DNA from: an uncultured Verrucomicrobiae bacterium
Lineage (GTDB): Bacteria > Verrucomicrobiota > Verrucomicrobiia > Chthoniobacterales > UBA10450
NCBI GenBank assembly: GCA_963726745.1
Contig: CAVSDR010000006.1
Coordinates: 352,001-416,000 of the forward strand
DNA length: 64,000 bases
Reading direction: 5' to 3'
Shown here: positions 10,139 to 19,318 of the stretch, piece by piece
Numbering within the stretch: the first letter of the stretch is position 1
Layout of the letters: every line of letters starts with the position of its first letter
The notes under the pieces: generated by a model
Seen by the model: only the letters and a program-made list of their open reading frames with translations
Database searches by the model: none
Told to the model about the DNA's origin: nothing
Translations under genes and position numbers: made by a program

Positions 10139-10893
10139 AACGCCTCGCGCTCGTGCTCCTGGGCCTGCTCCTTTTCGGGGCCGCGCGTCTGCCGGCGGAG
10201 CACGCGCTCTACCGCACGCGCGCGCAGGGCCAGTTGCTGGCCGCGCCGCTCGACCTCGACCTTCGCGAAGAACTCGGGCAACGCGGTTTTGTCGCCGCCT
10301 TCAGCGGCTTCCGCGCGCTCATCGCAGACGTGCTTTTCATCCAGGCATACTCGGCCTGGGAGCGGACGGATTGGACCCGCCTTTACCTGCTCATGCGCCA
10401 GGCCACCGCGCTGCAGCCGCACAATCTTCTCTTCTGGGACACGGCCGCGTGGCACCTCGCCTGGAACGCGAGCGCAGCCGCGCTGCACGCGCCCGGCCCG
10501 GCGACCCCGGCCGCGCGGCGGAAGACGCAGCGGGAATACATCGACCTCGGCCGCGAGTTCCTCGAGCGCGGCCTGCAGCACAATCCGCACAGCCCCCTGC
10601 TCCTCGAGGCCCTCGCCCGGCTCTACCGCGAGAAATATGGGAATCACGAGCGTGCCGCAGAGTTCTACCAAAAGGCCGCTGCGGAGCCCGGCGCGCCCAG
10701 CTATGTGCACCGTTTCGCCGCCTATGAACTTTCCTACGTGGAAGGCCAGGAGCCCGCGGCTTACACTCGGCTCCTGGAACTTTATCGCGCCGGGCCGCAG
10801 GAGCGGCTCCCGACCTTGATCCGACGGTTGAAATTTCTCGAAGAGCGGCTCAACATTCCGCCCAGCGAACGCATTGCCGACGAGCTGCCCTAA
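10135..10893 (+). CDS. Hypothetical membrane-anchored TPR-like protein
   Basis: GTG overlaps the upstream stop; signal/TM, AFSGFRALIAD..., TPR-like helices (FLERGLQHNP, AAEFYQKAA). Confidence 0.7.
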   Translation: MKRLALVLLGLLLFGAARLPAEHALYRTRAQGQLLAAPLDLDLREELGQRGFVAAFSGFRALIADVLFIQAYSAWERTDWTRLYLLMRQATALQPHNLLFWDTAAWHLAWNASAAALHAPGPATPAARRKTQREYIDLGREFLERGLQHNPHSPLLLEALARLYREKYGNHERAAEFYQKAAAEPGAPSYVHRFAAYELSYVEGQEPAAYTRLLELYRAGPQERLPTLIRRLKFLEERLNIPPSERIADELP

Positions 10894-10901
10894 CCTACGC
10901 C

Positions 10902-11624
10902 ATGCGCTTTGCCATTTTCAGCGACCTCCACGCCAACCTCGAAGCGACCGAGGCGATCCTGGCCGACGCGCAGGCGAACGAATGCACGCACTACGTCTGC
11001 CTGGGTGATCTCGTCGGCTATAACGCGAACCCGCACGAGTGCATCGAGCTGGTGCGCGCGCTCGATTGCCCGGTGGTCAAAGGCAACCACGATGAACAAG
11101 CCGCGCTCGGCGAATCCTCGCGCGACTTCAACGAGCTGGCCGAACGCGCGATCAACTGGACCCGGGAACACCTGACCGCAGAAGACAAGGAGTGGCTCGC
11201 GGCCCTGCGCATGAGCCGGCAGGTGCGCGACTTCACCGTCGTCCATGCCACCCTCGATACCCCTAACGAGTGGGGCTACGTCTTCAACAATCTCGACGCC
11301 GTCGCCAGCTTCACCTACCAGCACACTGATCTCTGCTTTTTCGGCCACACGCATGTGGCCGGCGCCTTTGTCCGCGACGGTGGAGTCAAACGGATCACGA
11401 CCGAGCATCTGCTCATCGAGCAGGGCAAGAAATACTTCATCAACGTCGGCAGCGTCGGCCAGCCACGCGATGGCGACCCGCGCGCGGCCTACTGCATTTA
11501 CCACCCGGACCGTGCGGTCGTGGAACAACGCCGGATCGTTTACGATCTGCCCGCGACCCAGCGCAAAATCATCGACGCCGGCCTGCCGCGGCTGCTCGCG
11601 GAGCGCCTGGAACTCGGGCGCTAG
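10902..11624 (+). CDS. Metallophosphoesterase (calcineurin-like)
   Basis: SDLHAN, LGDLVGY, GNHD, GHTH, NVGSVGQPRDG motifs. Confidence 0.92.
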   Translation: MRFAIFSDLHANLEATEAILADAQANECTHYVCLGDLVGYNANPHECIELVRALDCPVVKGNHDEQAALGESSRDFNELAERAINWTREHLTAEDKEWLAALRMSRQVRDFTVVHATLDTPNEWGYVFNNLDAVASFTYQHTDLCFFGHTHVAGAFVRDGGVKRITTEHLLIEQGKKYFINVGSVGQPRDGDPRAAYCIYHPDRAVVEQRRIVYDLPATQRKIIDAGLPRLLAERLELGR

Positions 11625-11650
11625 CACTCGCTCGTCGCGGCGCCTTTCCC

Positions 11651-12625
11651 GTGAAATCCCGCCGCCGTTCGATCCTGATCATCAAGCCGAGTTCGCTTGG
11701 CGACGTGGTTCACACCCTCCCGGCGGTGGCCGCGATCCGCGAGGCGAATCCCGACGCCGAGATCACCTGGGTGATCAATCCCGAGTGGGCCCCGATCCTG
11801 CGCGGCAACCCCGACGTTGATCACGTGCACCTCTTTCCGCGCGGGGAATTCCGCGGGCTCGGCGCGCCTGCCAGCCTGCGCCTCTTCCTGCAACGCACCC
11901 GCGCCCTCCGGCCGGATGTCGCGATCGATTTCCAGGGTCTTCTCCGCAGTGCCTTGATTGCAAAAGCCAGCCGCGCCGGGGAGATCTATGGCCTCAGCGA
12001 TGCCCGCGAAGGCTCGCGCTTTTTCTACAATCACGTCGCCCCAGTGAACCGTCGCGAGCATGCGGTCGAGCGTTACCTCAAGCTCGCGGAGACGGCCGGC
12101 GCGCGCATTCCGGAGACGCTCCGCTGCCCCTTGCCCACGGGCGATCCGCTCCCGCGCTTCGACGAGTATCCGCCTTTCGTCCTGCTCCATCCCTACGCAC
12201 GCGGGCGGCGGAAATCGATCTCGTTAGGCGCGGTCGCGCAGTTCTGCGCGGCTTTTGCGCCCGCGCGCGTAGTCGTCGTCGGCCGCTCGCGAGCGCGCTT
12301 CCGACCGCCGGATAATTGCGTTGACCTAACGAATCAAACCACCCTCCTGGAATTGATCCGCCTGGTGCGCGCGGCCGCCTTCACCATCAGCGTCGACAGC
12401 GGCCCAATGCACATCGCCGCGGCGGTGACCGACCGGTTGGTTTCGATCCACACCTGGAGCGACCCGCGCCGCGTGGGCCCGTATAATCCCGACGCCACCG
12501 TCTGGAAGAACGGACAGCTCCTGCGAGTCGCCGAGCTGGAAACAGCCGGCAAGCTCAAGAGCCGGCGCTTTCGCAGCGCCGACGTCGCGACAGTTGCAAA
12601 CTTCGTCCTCGCCTCGATGAAGTAG
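11651..12625 (+). CDS. Glycosyltransferase family 9 (LPS heptosyltransferase-like)
   Basis: IKPSSLGDVVHTLP, DFQGLLRS, DSGPMHIAAA. Confidence 0.9.
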   Translation: MKSRRRSILIIKPSSLGDVVHTLPAVAAIREANPDAEITWVINPEWAPILRGNPDVDHVHLFPRGEFRGLGAPASLRLFLQRTRALRPDVAIDFQGLLRSALIAKASRAGEIYGLSDAREGSRFFYNHVAPVNRREHAVERYLKLAETAGARIPETLRCPLPTGDPLPRFDEYPPFVLLHPYARGRRKSISLGAVAQFCAAFAPARVVVVGRSRARFRPPDNCVDLTNQTTLLELIRLVRAAAFTISVDSGPMHIAAAVTDRLVSIHTWSDPRRVGPYNPDATVWKNGQLLRVAELETAGKLKSRRFRSADVATVANFVLASMK

Positions 12626-12629
12626 CTGG

Positions 12630-13761
12630 ATGTTTCTTCGCCGGCTCGCCTTCGCTCTCGTTCTTTTTTTCGTCTCCGCCTCGGTGCGCGCGGAGTTCCG
12701 CGGCGCCTGGGTGGCGACGGTGCACAACCTCGACTGGCCCTCGCGTCCCGGCCTTTCCGCAGCCGCGCAGCAGGCGGAATTGCGCGCCATTCTCGACCGC
12801 GCCCGCAGCTTGAAGTTGTCGGCTATTTTATTCCAAGTCCGGCCGATGAGCGACGCGCTTTACGCGTCCGAGACGGAGCCGTGGTCGCAATTTCTCACCG
12901 GGAAACAAGGCCAGTCGCCCGGCTACGATCCGCTCGCCTTCGCCATCCGCGAAGCGCACGCGCGCGGCCTCGAACTCCATGCCTGGATCAATCCCTTTCG
13001 CGCCGCTTCGAACGCCAGGGCCACGCTTTCGGCGCAACACGTCGCCCGGCGCCATCCGGAGTGGGTCCGGCGCTACGGCGCGCAGCTTTGGCTCGATCCC
13101 GGCGAGCCGGCGGCGCGCGCTTACGTGCTCGGAATTTTCGAGGACATCGTGCGGCGCTACGACCTCGATGGCGTTCATATCGACGACTATTTCTACCCGT
13201 ATCCGCTCAAGGGCGGCGCGGCTTTTCCCGACGACGCGAGCTGGCAGCGCTTTGGCCTAACGAGCGGATTGTCGCGCGCCGATTGGCGCCGGGAAAACAT
13301 CAACGACTTCGTGCGCTCGATGTATCGCCGGGTGAAAACACTCAAGCCGGGCGTGCTTGTTGGCATTAGCCCTTTCGGCATCTGGCGACCCGGCGTGCCG
13401 GCGGGAACGACCGCGCAACTCGACCCGTTCGCGCACCTGTTTGCCGACTCCCGCAAATGGCTCGCGGAGGGCTGGTGCGACTACCTCGCGCCGCAGCTCT
13501 ATTGGAATATCGAGGGCGAACAAAGCTTTCCGCTCCTGCTTGATTGGTGGCGCGAGCAAAGCCCTGGCAAACCGGTCTGGCCGGGGCTGGCAGTGGATCG
13601 CATCGGGCGCACGCGCCCGTGCACAGGAGATCGCAGCCCAAATTCGGCTGAGCCGCCGAGGGACCGAGCGCCCGGGGCACATCTTCTGGAACATGAAGGC
13701 GCTTATGCAAAATCGCGGCGGGATCGCCGATCTCCTGCGCGCCGAGGTTTACGCCGACTGA
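12630..13761 (+). CDS. GH10-like (YddW/DUF187 family) glycoside hydrolase; frameshift near 13620
   Basis: EFRGAWVATV..DWPS, GLELHAWINP, DGVHIDDYFYPYP, GISPFGIW, DYLAPQLYW; C-terminus (EIAAQIRLSR...GHIFWNMK) lies in the 13357..13761 frame. Confidence 0.85.
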
Positions 13762-14427
13762 CGCGCCTGCAACAGAAGCTCCGCCAGGGCGAGATCGGCC
13801 GGCCAGGTGATTTTCAAATTACACTGGTCGTTAGGCACGAGGAGGACGGGATGGCCGAGGGCCTCAAGCGCGGAGACTTCGTCGGTGATCGTGAGCCCGC
13901 GAGCGCGCACCGTTTCGTAGGCGCGCAGGAGGAGCGCGCGCTCGAAGATTTGCGGCGTCTCCATCGCGAAGACGCCTTCGCGCGAGATGCTTTCGCGCAC
14001 GAAATGCTCCGCGTTGACCCGCTTTAAAGTATCGCTCACCGGCGCCGCCAACGCAGCCGCGCCGTGCGCGCGTGCCGCGGCGTAGACCCGCTCGATCGCC
14101 TCCGGCCTAACGAGCGGTCGCGCGGCGTCCTGCACGGCCACGTAAGTGATCTCGCTGTCTAATTTCGTCCAGGCCACGCGCGACTGAGTCCTGCCGTTGC
14201 GCTCCGCCCGGCACGACTGCGCGCACTTTCGCAAAGCGCGTCGCCAGTTGCTCCAATTCCGCGATCGTTTCCGCGCGGCCGACGAGGATGATTTCCGCGA
14301 CCGAGGCCGTCGCCTCGAAAGCGGCGATGGTGTGGGCAATGACCGGCTGTCCTGCGAGCGGGGCAAAGGTCTTGTCGAAACCCATCCGCTGGCTGCTGCC
14401 ACCGGCGACGATGATCGCCGCGAGCAT
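13749..14427 (-). CDS. ispD: 2-C-methyl-D-erythritol 4-phosphate cytidylyltransferase; frameshift near 14170
   Basis: AIIVAGGSSQRMG..K, GGAQRQDSV, then DAARP, TPQIF, TDE, NLKIT..DL in a second frame. Confidence 0.92.
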
Positions 14428-14879
14428 CAGCCCAACTGCCGCTGCACTTCCTGGCTAAGCGTCTTCCCATCCGCGCGCCCGGCGACTTTCGGCTGCAGCT
14501 CTTTCATGACCGCGCCCATCTGTGCGCGCGAGGTCGCGCCCACTTCCGCGATCGTCTCGCGCACGATTTTAGCCAGCTCCTCGGCGTCCATCGCCTGCGG
14601 CAGATAAGTCGACAAGAGGGCGAGTTCTTCCTGCTCTTTCGCGGCCAGCTCGGGCCGGCCGCCTTTCTCAAATTGCTCGATCGAATCCTGCCGCTGCTTC
14701 ACCTGTTTGCGGATCACCTGGCTCGCCTCGGTGTCGTCCAGCTCCGCGGCAGCGCCGCCTTTTTCGATCGCGGCATTCTTGATCGCGGACTTGAGCATGC
14801 GCAGGACGGCGAGCTTGCCGGCATCCTTTGCGCGCATCGCATCCTTCAAATCGGCATCGATCCGCTGCGGAAGATTCAT
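14427..14879 (-). CDS. GatB/YqeY domain protein
   Basis: LKDAMRAKD..LRMLKSAIKN, KQRQDSIEQF..GGR, MGAVMK..GRADGK. Confidence 0.92.
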   Translation of the reverse strand: MNLPQRIDADLKDAMRAKDAGKLAVLRMLKSAIKNAAIEKGGAAAELDDTEASQVIRKQVKQRQDSIEQFEKGGRPELAAKEQEELALLSTYLPQAMDAEELAKIVRETIAEVGATSRAQMGAVMKELQPKVAGRADGKTLSQEVQRQLG

Positions 14880-14914
14880 GGCCGGAGATTACACCGCGCG
14901 CTGGTGACGTCCAG

Positions 14915-15823
14915 CTAGCGCCCCACGCCGAAGAAGGCGTCGAGCGCGCGGGTGCCGAGCGCTTTCCAGATCTTGATCACTTCGTAGACGATCACGGTGG
15001 TGAAGCTGACCGCCATCCAGACGCACGGCTCCTCGACCGGGAGATTCGACCAGGCGCCGATGCGCAGGCCGATGATCGCTTCGTCGCGAAAACCCCACCA
15101 CCCGTTAGGCAGCGCGAGCGTTACTTCCCAGAGCAGGCTAATGAGGAGCAGGAGGAAGAAGGTAAAACTGAAGGCGCGCCAGTTGATGAAACGCTGCGCG
15201 GTCCTAAAGAAACCGGCCGAGGGAATGAGCGAAGCGCAGCAGAGATAAACGAAATACCAGGGAAAGCCGCCGGGCATGCCGGAGAAATATTTCCGGTAAA
15301 TCACCGCGGCCGCGATCAAGCCCGCGCCCAGCACCACGGAAGCGAAATGAAAGCGCACGATCCGCGGCAGGCCCTGCACTTCGGCCTGGTAGTCGGGCAC
15401 GTTGTAGGCCGCCAGCCAGTATTCGTCGCACCAGACGTAGCTCAGCAGAGTGAGGATGAAGCCCGTGAGGTAGAAGACAAATTCCTCCAGCGGAATGACG
15501 CCGCCGAGCGCCGGGACATTGAGCCCGAGAGTGGCTTGCTCGTTAGGGAAAACGAAGAAGGCGCGCCCAAAAAGGAGATCGAGCAAAAAGCCGAGCGGCG
15601 CGAGCACCGCGATCGTGCGCCAGAAGGCTTTGCGGGGAAATTGCAGATCGGGCCGGCGGAAAAACCACCAAGCCAGCCCGGCGATCGGGACCAGGAAAAG
15701 CAGCAAGCTCCAGGTGTAACCGAAGCGCCCGCGTTGCGTGAGCGCGACTGCCGCGGGCAAGACGAGCAAAAGCGCAATCGCACCGACGACTTGCGACGCC
15801 TCCCGCGGATGCCGCTCTTCCAT
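14915..15823 (-). CDS. Membrane protein with duplicated lycopene-cyclase (CrtYc/Yd/CarR-like) domains
   Basis: Polytopic; two P[LV]EE motifs (IPLEEFVFY, LPVEEPCVW), each preceded by a G-x-x-G segment. Confidence 0.65.
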   Translation of the reverse strand: MEERHPREASQVVGAIALLLVLPAAVALTQRGRFGYTWSLLLFLVPIAGLAWWFFRRPDLQFPRKAFWRTIAVLAPLGFLLDLLFGRAFFVFPNEQATLGLNVPALGGVIPLEEFVFYLTGFILTLLSYVWCDEYWLAAYNVPDYQAEVQGLPRIVRFHFASVVLGAGLIAAAVIYRKYFSGMPGGFPWYFVYLCCASLIPSAGFFRTAQRFINWRAFSFTFFLLLLISLLWEVTLALPNGWWGFRDEAIIGLRIGAWSNLPVEEPCVWMAVSFTTVIVYEVIKIWKALGTRALDAFFGVGR

Positions 15824-15835
15824 GTTGCTGTCTAA

Positions 15836-16771
15836 TTAATGGAGGGCACGCAGGCGCTCCGCGGCAGCAGCCACGCTGCCCGGATCGCTCACGCTGATCA
15901 CTTCCGCACCCTTGCGGATGCGTTGCACCAGGCCGGCGAGGACGCCGCCCGGTCCCAGCTCGACGAATAATTCGCAGCCGCGCGCCAGCAGCGCCTCCAC
16001 GCAATCGGTCCAGCGAACGGTTCCCGTGATTTGGTCCTGCAGGGTTTGGCGGATCTCCGGGAGGGTATCGACGACCGCGCCAGTGACGTTGCTCACCACC
16101 GGGAACCGCGGGCCCTTGAGGTCCGCCGCGGCGAGAGCTTCGCCCATTTGCAGGAAGGCGCTGTTCATCAGGCGCGAGTGGTAGGCGCCGGCGACGTTCA
16201 GGAGAGTCGCGCGTCGGACGCCGTGTTCCTTGGCTAACGAGACCGCCATCTCGACCTTGGAGACTTCGCCCGAGACGACGATCTGGCCGGGGGCGTTGAG
16301 ATTGGCCACGTCCACATCGGTGGCGGAAGCGAGCGCGCGGACCGCGCTTTCGTCAGCGCCGATCATGGCCGCCATCGCGCCGGCGGTGGCCTCGCAGGCG
16401 GTTTCCATGAAACGCCCACGCTGCTCCACCAGGCGCAGCCCGGTGGCAAAATCGAACGTCTCCGCGGCGGCGTGCGCGGTCCACTCGCCGAGCGAGAGCC
16501 CGGCGGCCGCTTCCACCGTGAGCGCGCCCACTTCCTGCCGGAGCGCGGCCAGGCAAGCCAAACCGTGCACATAGAGCGCCGGCTGGCAGTTCGCGGTGCG
16601 GGTGAGTTCCTCCAGAGGACCTTCAAAAGCGAGTTGGCTCAGCGGCCGGCCCAGGACTTCGTCGCCAAAGGCGAAAAGCTGCGCGGCCACCGGGTAAGCT
16701 GCCGCCAGCGCTTTTCCCATCCCGACGGCCTGGGCGCCTTGCCCGGCGAACAGCAGCGCGATCTTTTGCAT
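15836..16771 (-). CDS. fabD: Malonyl-CoA:ACP transacylase
   Basis: FAGQGAQ, GLSLGEW, RGRFM, ANLNAPGQIVVSG, VAGAYHS, ELGPG. Confidence 0.95.
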   Translation of the reverse strand: MQKIALLFAGQGAQAVGMGKALAAAYPVAAQLFAFGDEVLGRPLSQLAFEGPLEELTRTANCQPALYVHGLACLAALRQEVGALTVEAAAGLSLGEWTAHAAAETFDFATGLRLVEQRGRFMETACEATAGAMAAMIGADESAVRALASATDVDVANLNAPGQIVVSGEVSKVEMAVSLAKEHGVRRATLLNVAGAYHSRLMNSAFLQMGEALAAADLKGPRFPVVSNVTGAVVDTLPEIRQTLQDQITGTVRWTDCVEALLARGCELFVELGPGGVLAGLVQRIRKGAEVISVSDPGSVAAAAERLRALH

Positions 16772-16889
16772 CTTCTCCCCCTAGCCGGAAAAAGCCGGGC
16801 CGGCGAGTTCGAATCGAACCGCGAAAAAGTCGTGCGCGAACTTGCGGAATAAACTTGGCGTCGGATGACAGACTTGTCAGCATCGGCGC

Positions 16890-17297
16890 ATGAGCCAACA
16901 ACACACAGCAACACGAAGGTCTCGTGGACTCGCTGTCCTTGTCATGGTGGCCGCAGTCGCGCTTCTCGGCGCAGGCTCGGCCCAGGCACAATGGGCAGCC
17001 AAACCCGCGCCTCCGCTCCCGCATACGATCCTCGACCAATCGTATAACGGCTCGGTCGTGCTCGGGCTGGTCTTCGAGAGAGATGGCACCGTCAAGGACG
17101 TCCGCGTCGTCCGCAGCAGCAACATCAGCGGCCTCGATGAAGTGGCCCTGGCTGGTGCGCAACGCTGGCGCCTCGACCCGGCGGCCATCCGCGAGTCCGA
17201 CCTGACCGTCGGCCGCCAGCACTTGATCAAGTTCTACCAGAATACCAAGGTCGCGCGCCGCGTGGAGCCGATTAAGGCCTTCTGGAAGGAACTGTAA
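16890..17297 (+). CDS. Secreted TonB C-terminal domain protein
   Basis: Signal peptide; GSVVL...DGTVKDVRVVRSS..GLDEVAL..AQRWR resembles TonB_C. Confidence 0.7.
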   Translation: MSQQHTATRRSRGLAVLVMVAAVALLGAGSAQAQWAAKPAPPLPHTILDQSYNGSVVLGLVFERDGTVKDVRVVRSSNISGLDEVALAGAQRWRLDPAAIRESDLTVGRQHLIKFYQNTKVARRVEPIKAFWKEL

Positions 17298-17321
17298 CCG
17301 AGATTCGATCTCGAGTTTGGC

Positions 17322-17349
17322 CGCGCCGCGGAGCGAAAGCCGCGGCGCG
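17322..17349. other. Perfect 10-bp GC hairpin between the TonB_C gene and nuoD
   Basis: CGCGCCGCGG-agcgaaag-CCGCGGCGCG; no adjacent U-tract, so its function is unclear. Confidence 0.4.
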
Positions 17350-17419
17350 CGGAGGCGTCTTCGCACTTTTGCACTTGCGCCGGGAATCGCTGTCGCGAGC
17401 ATAACCGCACCTCCGGGTT

Positions 17420-18676
17420 ATGGCTTTCTCCACGCGCGAAATTGAATCTCCTGATCCCCTGACCCGGACAGCCCGGGCCGAGGCGGAGCTCGCCGAAAAC
17501 CGCGACGATATTGGCGAGCGCATGGTCCTGAATATGGGGCCATCTCACCCGGCGACGCATGGTGTTCTTCGCCTGATTCTGGAGTTAGACGGCGAGACGA
17601 TTACCAAGGCAACGCCCGACGTCGGTTACCTCCACCGCGGCGACGAAAAAATCGCGGAAAACATGCAGTACAACCAGTTTGTCCCCTACACGGACCGGCT
17701 GGATTACCTCGCGCCGCTGGCCAACAACGTGGCCTACGCCTGCGCGGTCGAAAAGCTCATGGGCTGGGAGTTGCCGCCCCGCGGTAAAGCCATCCGCGTG
17801 CTCTGTTGCGAGCTCGCGCGCATCCAGGCGCACTTGCTCGGGATCGGCGCGATGGCGCTCGATCTCGGGGCGCTCACGGTCTTCATGTACACCTTCACCG
17901 AGCGGGAGAAGATCTACAATCTTTGCGAGATGATCTCGGGGGCGCGTTTTACCACTTCCTACACGCGCGTCGGTGGCCAAATTCGCGACTTGCCGGATAA
18001 TTTCATGCCTGCGTTGAAGGCGTTCGTCGATGGATTCCTCCCGCAGTTACAGGAGGTGGACGATCTGCTCACCCGCAATCGCATTTTCGTCGATCGCACG
18101 CGCGACGTGGGTGTGATCGCGAAGGATCGGGCGATTGCCTACGCTTTGTCCGGCCCGAACCTCCGCGGCAGCGGAATCGATCATGATCTGCGCCGGAAGC
18201 ATCCCTATCTGGATTACGAGCAATACGACTTCGAAATCCCGATCGGCTCCGTGGGTGACGCCTACGATCGCTACATGGTTCGCCTGGAAGAAATGCGTCA
18301 GAGCGTGCGCATTCTCCTCCAAATCATCGACAAACTCCCGACCGGCCCGATCAACATCGTCGACTGGAAAAACACCCTTCCGCCGAAGGGCCGGGTGATG
18401 ACCAAAATGGAGGAGTTGATCCACCATTTCATCGTCGTGACCGAAGGGCTCGACGCACCGCCGGGCGAGATTTATTTCGGCGCGGAAAATCCGAAAGGCG
18501 AGCTCGGTTTTTACATTCACAGCAAGGGCGGCGGCGTGCCCTATCGGCTAAAGATTCGCTCACCCTCGTTCGTGAACCTGAGCATCCTGCCCGAGCTCCT
18601 GCCCGGTCACAGCGTCAGCGACGTGGTTTCCATCCTCGGCAGTCTGGACTTCGTCATGGGCGAATGCGACAGGTGA
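17420..18676 (+). CDS. nuoD: NADH-quinone oxidoreductase subunit D
   Basis: NMGPSHPATHGVLRL, GYLHRG, DRLDY, ENPKGELG, GECDR. Confidence 0.96.
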   Translation: MAFSTREIESPDPLTRTARAEAELAENRDDIGERMVLNMGPSHPATHGVLRLILELDGETITKATPDVGYLHRGDEKIAENMQYNQFVPYTDRLDYLAPLANNVAYACAVEKLMGWELPPRGKAIRVLCCELARIQAHLLGIGAMALDLGALTVFMYTFTEREKIYNLCEMISGARFTTSYTRVGGQIRDLPDNFMPALKAFVDGFLPQLQEVDDLLTRNRIFVDRTRDVGVIAKDRAIAYALSGPNLRGSGIDHDLRRKHPYLDYEQYDFEIPIGSVGDAYDRYMVRLEEMRQSVRILLQIIDKLPTGPINIVDWKNTLPPKGRVMTKMEELIHHFIVVTEGLDAPPGEIYFGAENPKGELGFYIHSKGGGVPYRLKIRSPSFVNLSILPELLPGHSVSDVVSILGSLDFVMGECDR

Positions 18677-18686
18677 CCCCAACTTT

Positions 18687-18992
18687 ATGAAAACACTGAA
18701 AAGCAGCCTCTGGTTAGCCTTGCTCTCGATGATTTTGGTCGCTTTTGCGTCCTGCGATCGCGGCTCGCTCGCGGTCTCGAAGCTCTCGCTGCCGAACTAC
18801 GACAAGGTCACCATGGGGATGTCGAAGAATCAGGTGGAAACGATCCTCGGCCAGCCGACCACTGCCGAGACCAAGGACATGATCATTTTCAAGAAGACGA
18901 CCTACAAATACGAGGACGGGAAAAAGTTCGTCATGGTCACCTTCAAGAACGACGAGGTCGACGGCAAAGATACCAACCTCGGGCGCGACTAA
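18687..18992 (+). CDS. Lipoprotein, SmpA/OmlA (BamE)-like
   Basis: Lipobox FASC; GMSKNQVETILGQP motif. Confidence 0.75.
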   Translation: MKTLKSSLWLALLSMILVAFASCDRGSLAVSKLSLPNYDKVTMGMSKNQVETILGQPTTAETKDMIIFKKTTYKYEDGKKFVMVTFKNDEVDGKDTNLGRD

Positions 18993-19001
18993 CGAGTCCT
19001 G

Positions 19002-19292
19002 GTGGCGCGCAGGATGATTTTCCCCCGGCTCTTGGCTTTGCTTCTCGGCGCGTCGCTTCTCGGCGCTTGCCAGCCGTCGAAAAGGCTCACGAAAGCGAAT
19101 GTCGATCAGGTGGCCGACGGCATGGCCCGGAAACAGGTGGAATCGATCCTCGGCCTGCCGACTTCCGTGGACACCAAGGATTACGCGGTGATCAAAAAGA
19201 CGACTTACCTTTACTCTCAGCCGAACGGGACCGTCCGGATCACCTTCAAGGAAGACAAGGTGGAATCGAAGGAAACGACTCTGGTCGACTGA
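19002..19292 (+). CDS. Second SmpA/OmlA (BamE)-like lipoprotein, paralogue of the preceding gene
   Basis: Lipobox LGAC; GMARKQVESILGLP; shares TKD..KKTTY.Y with its neighbour. Confidence 0.75.
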   Translation: MARRMIFPRLLALLLGASLLGACQPSKRLTKANVDQVADGMARKQVESILGLPTSVDTKDYAVIKKTTYLYSQPNGTVRITFKEDKVESKETTLVD

Positions 19293-19318
19293 AGTTGCTG
19301 GCTAATTTTCTTAACGCC

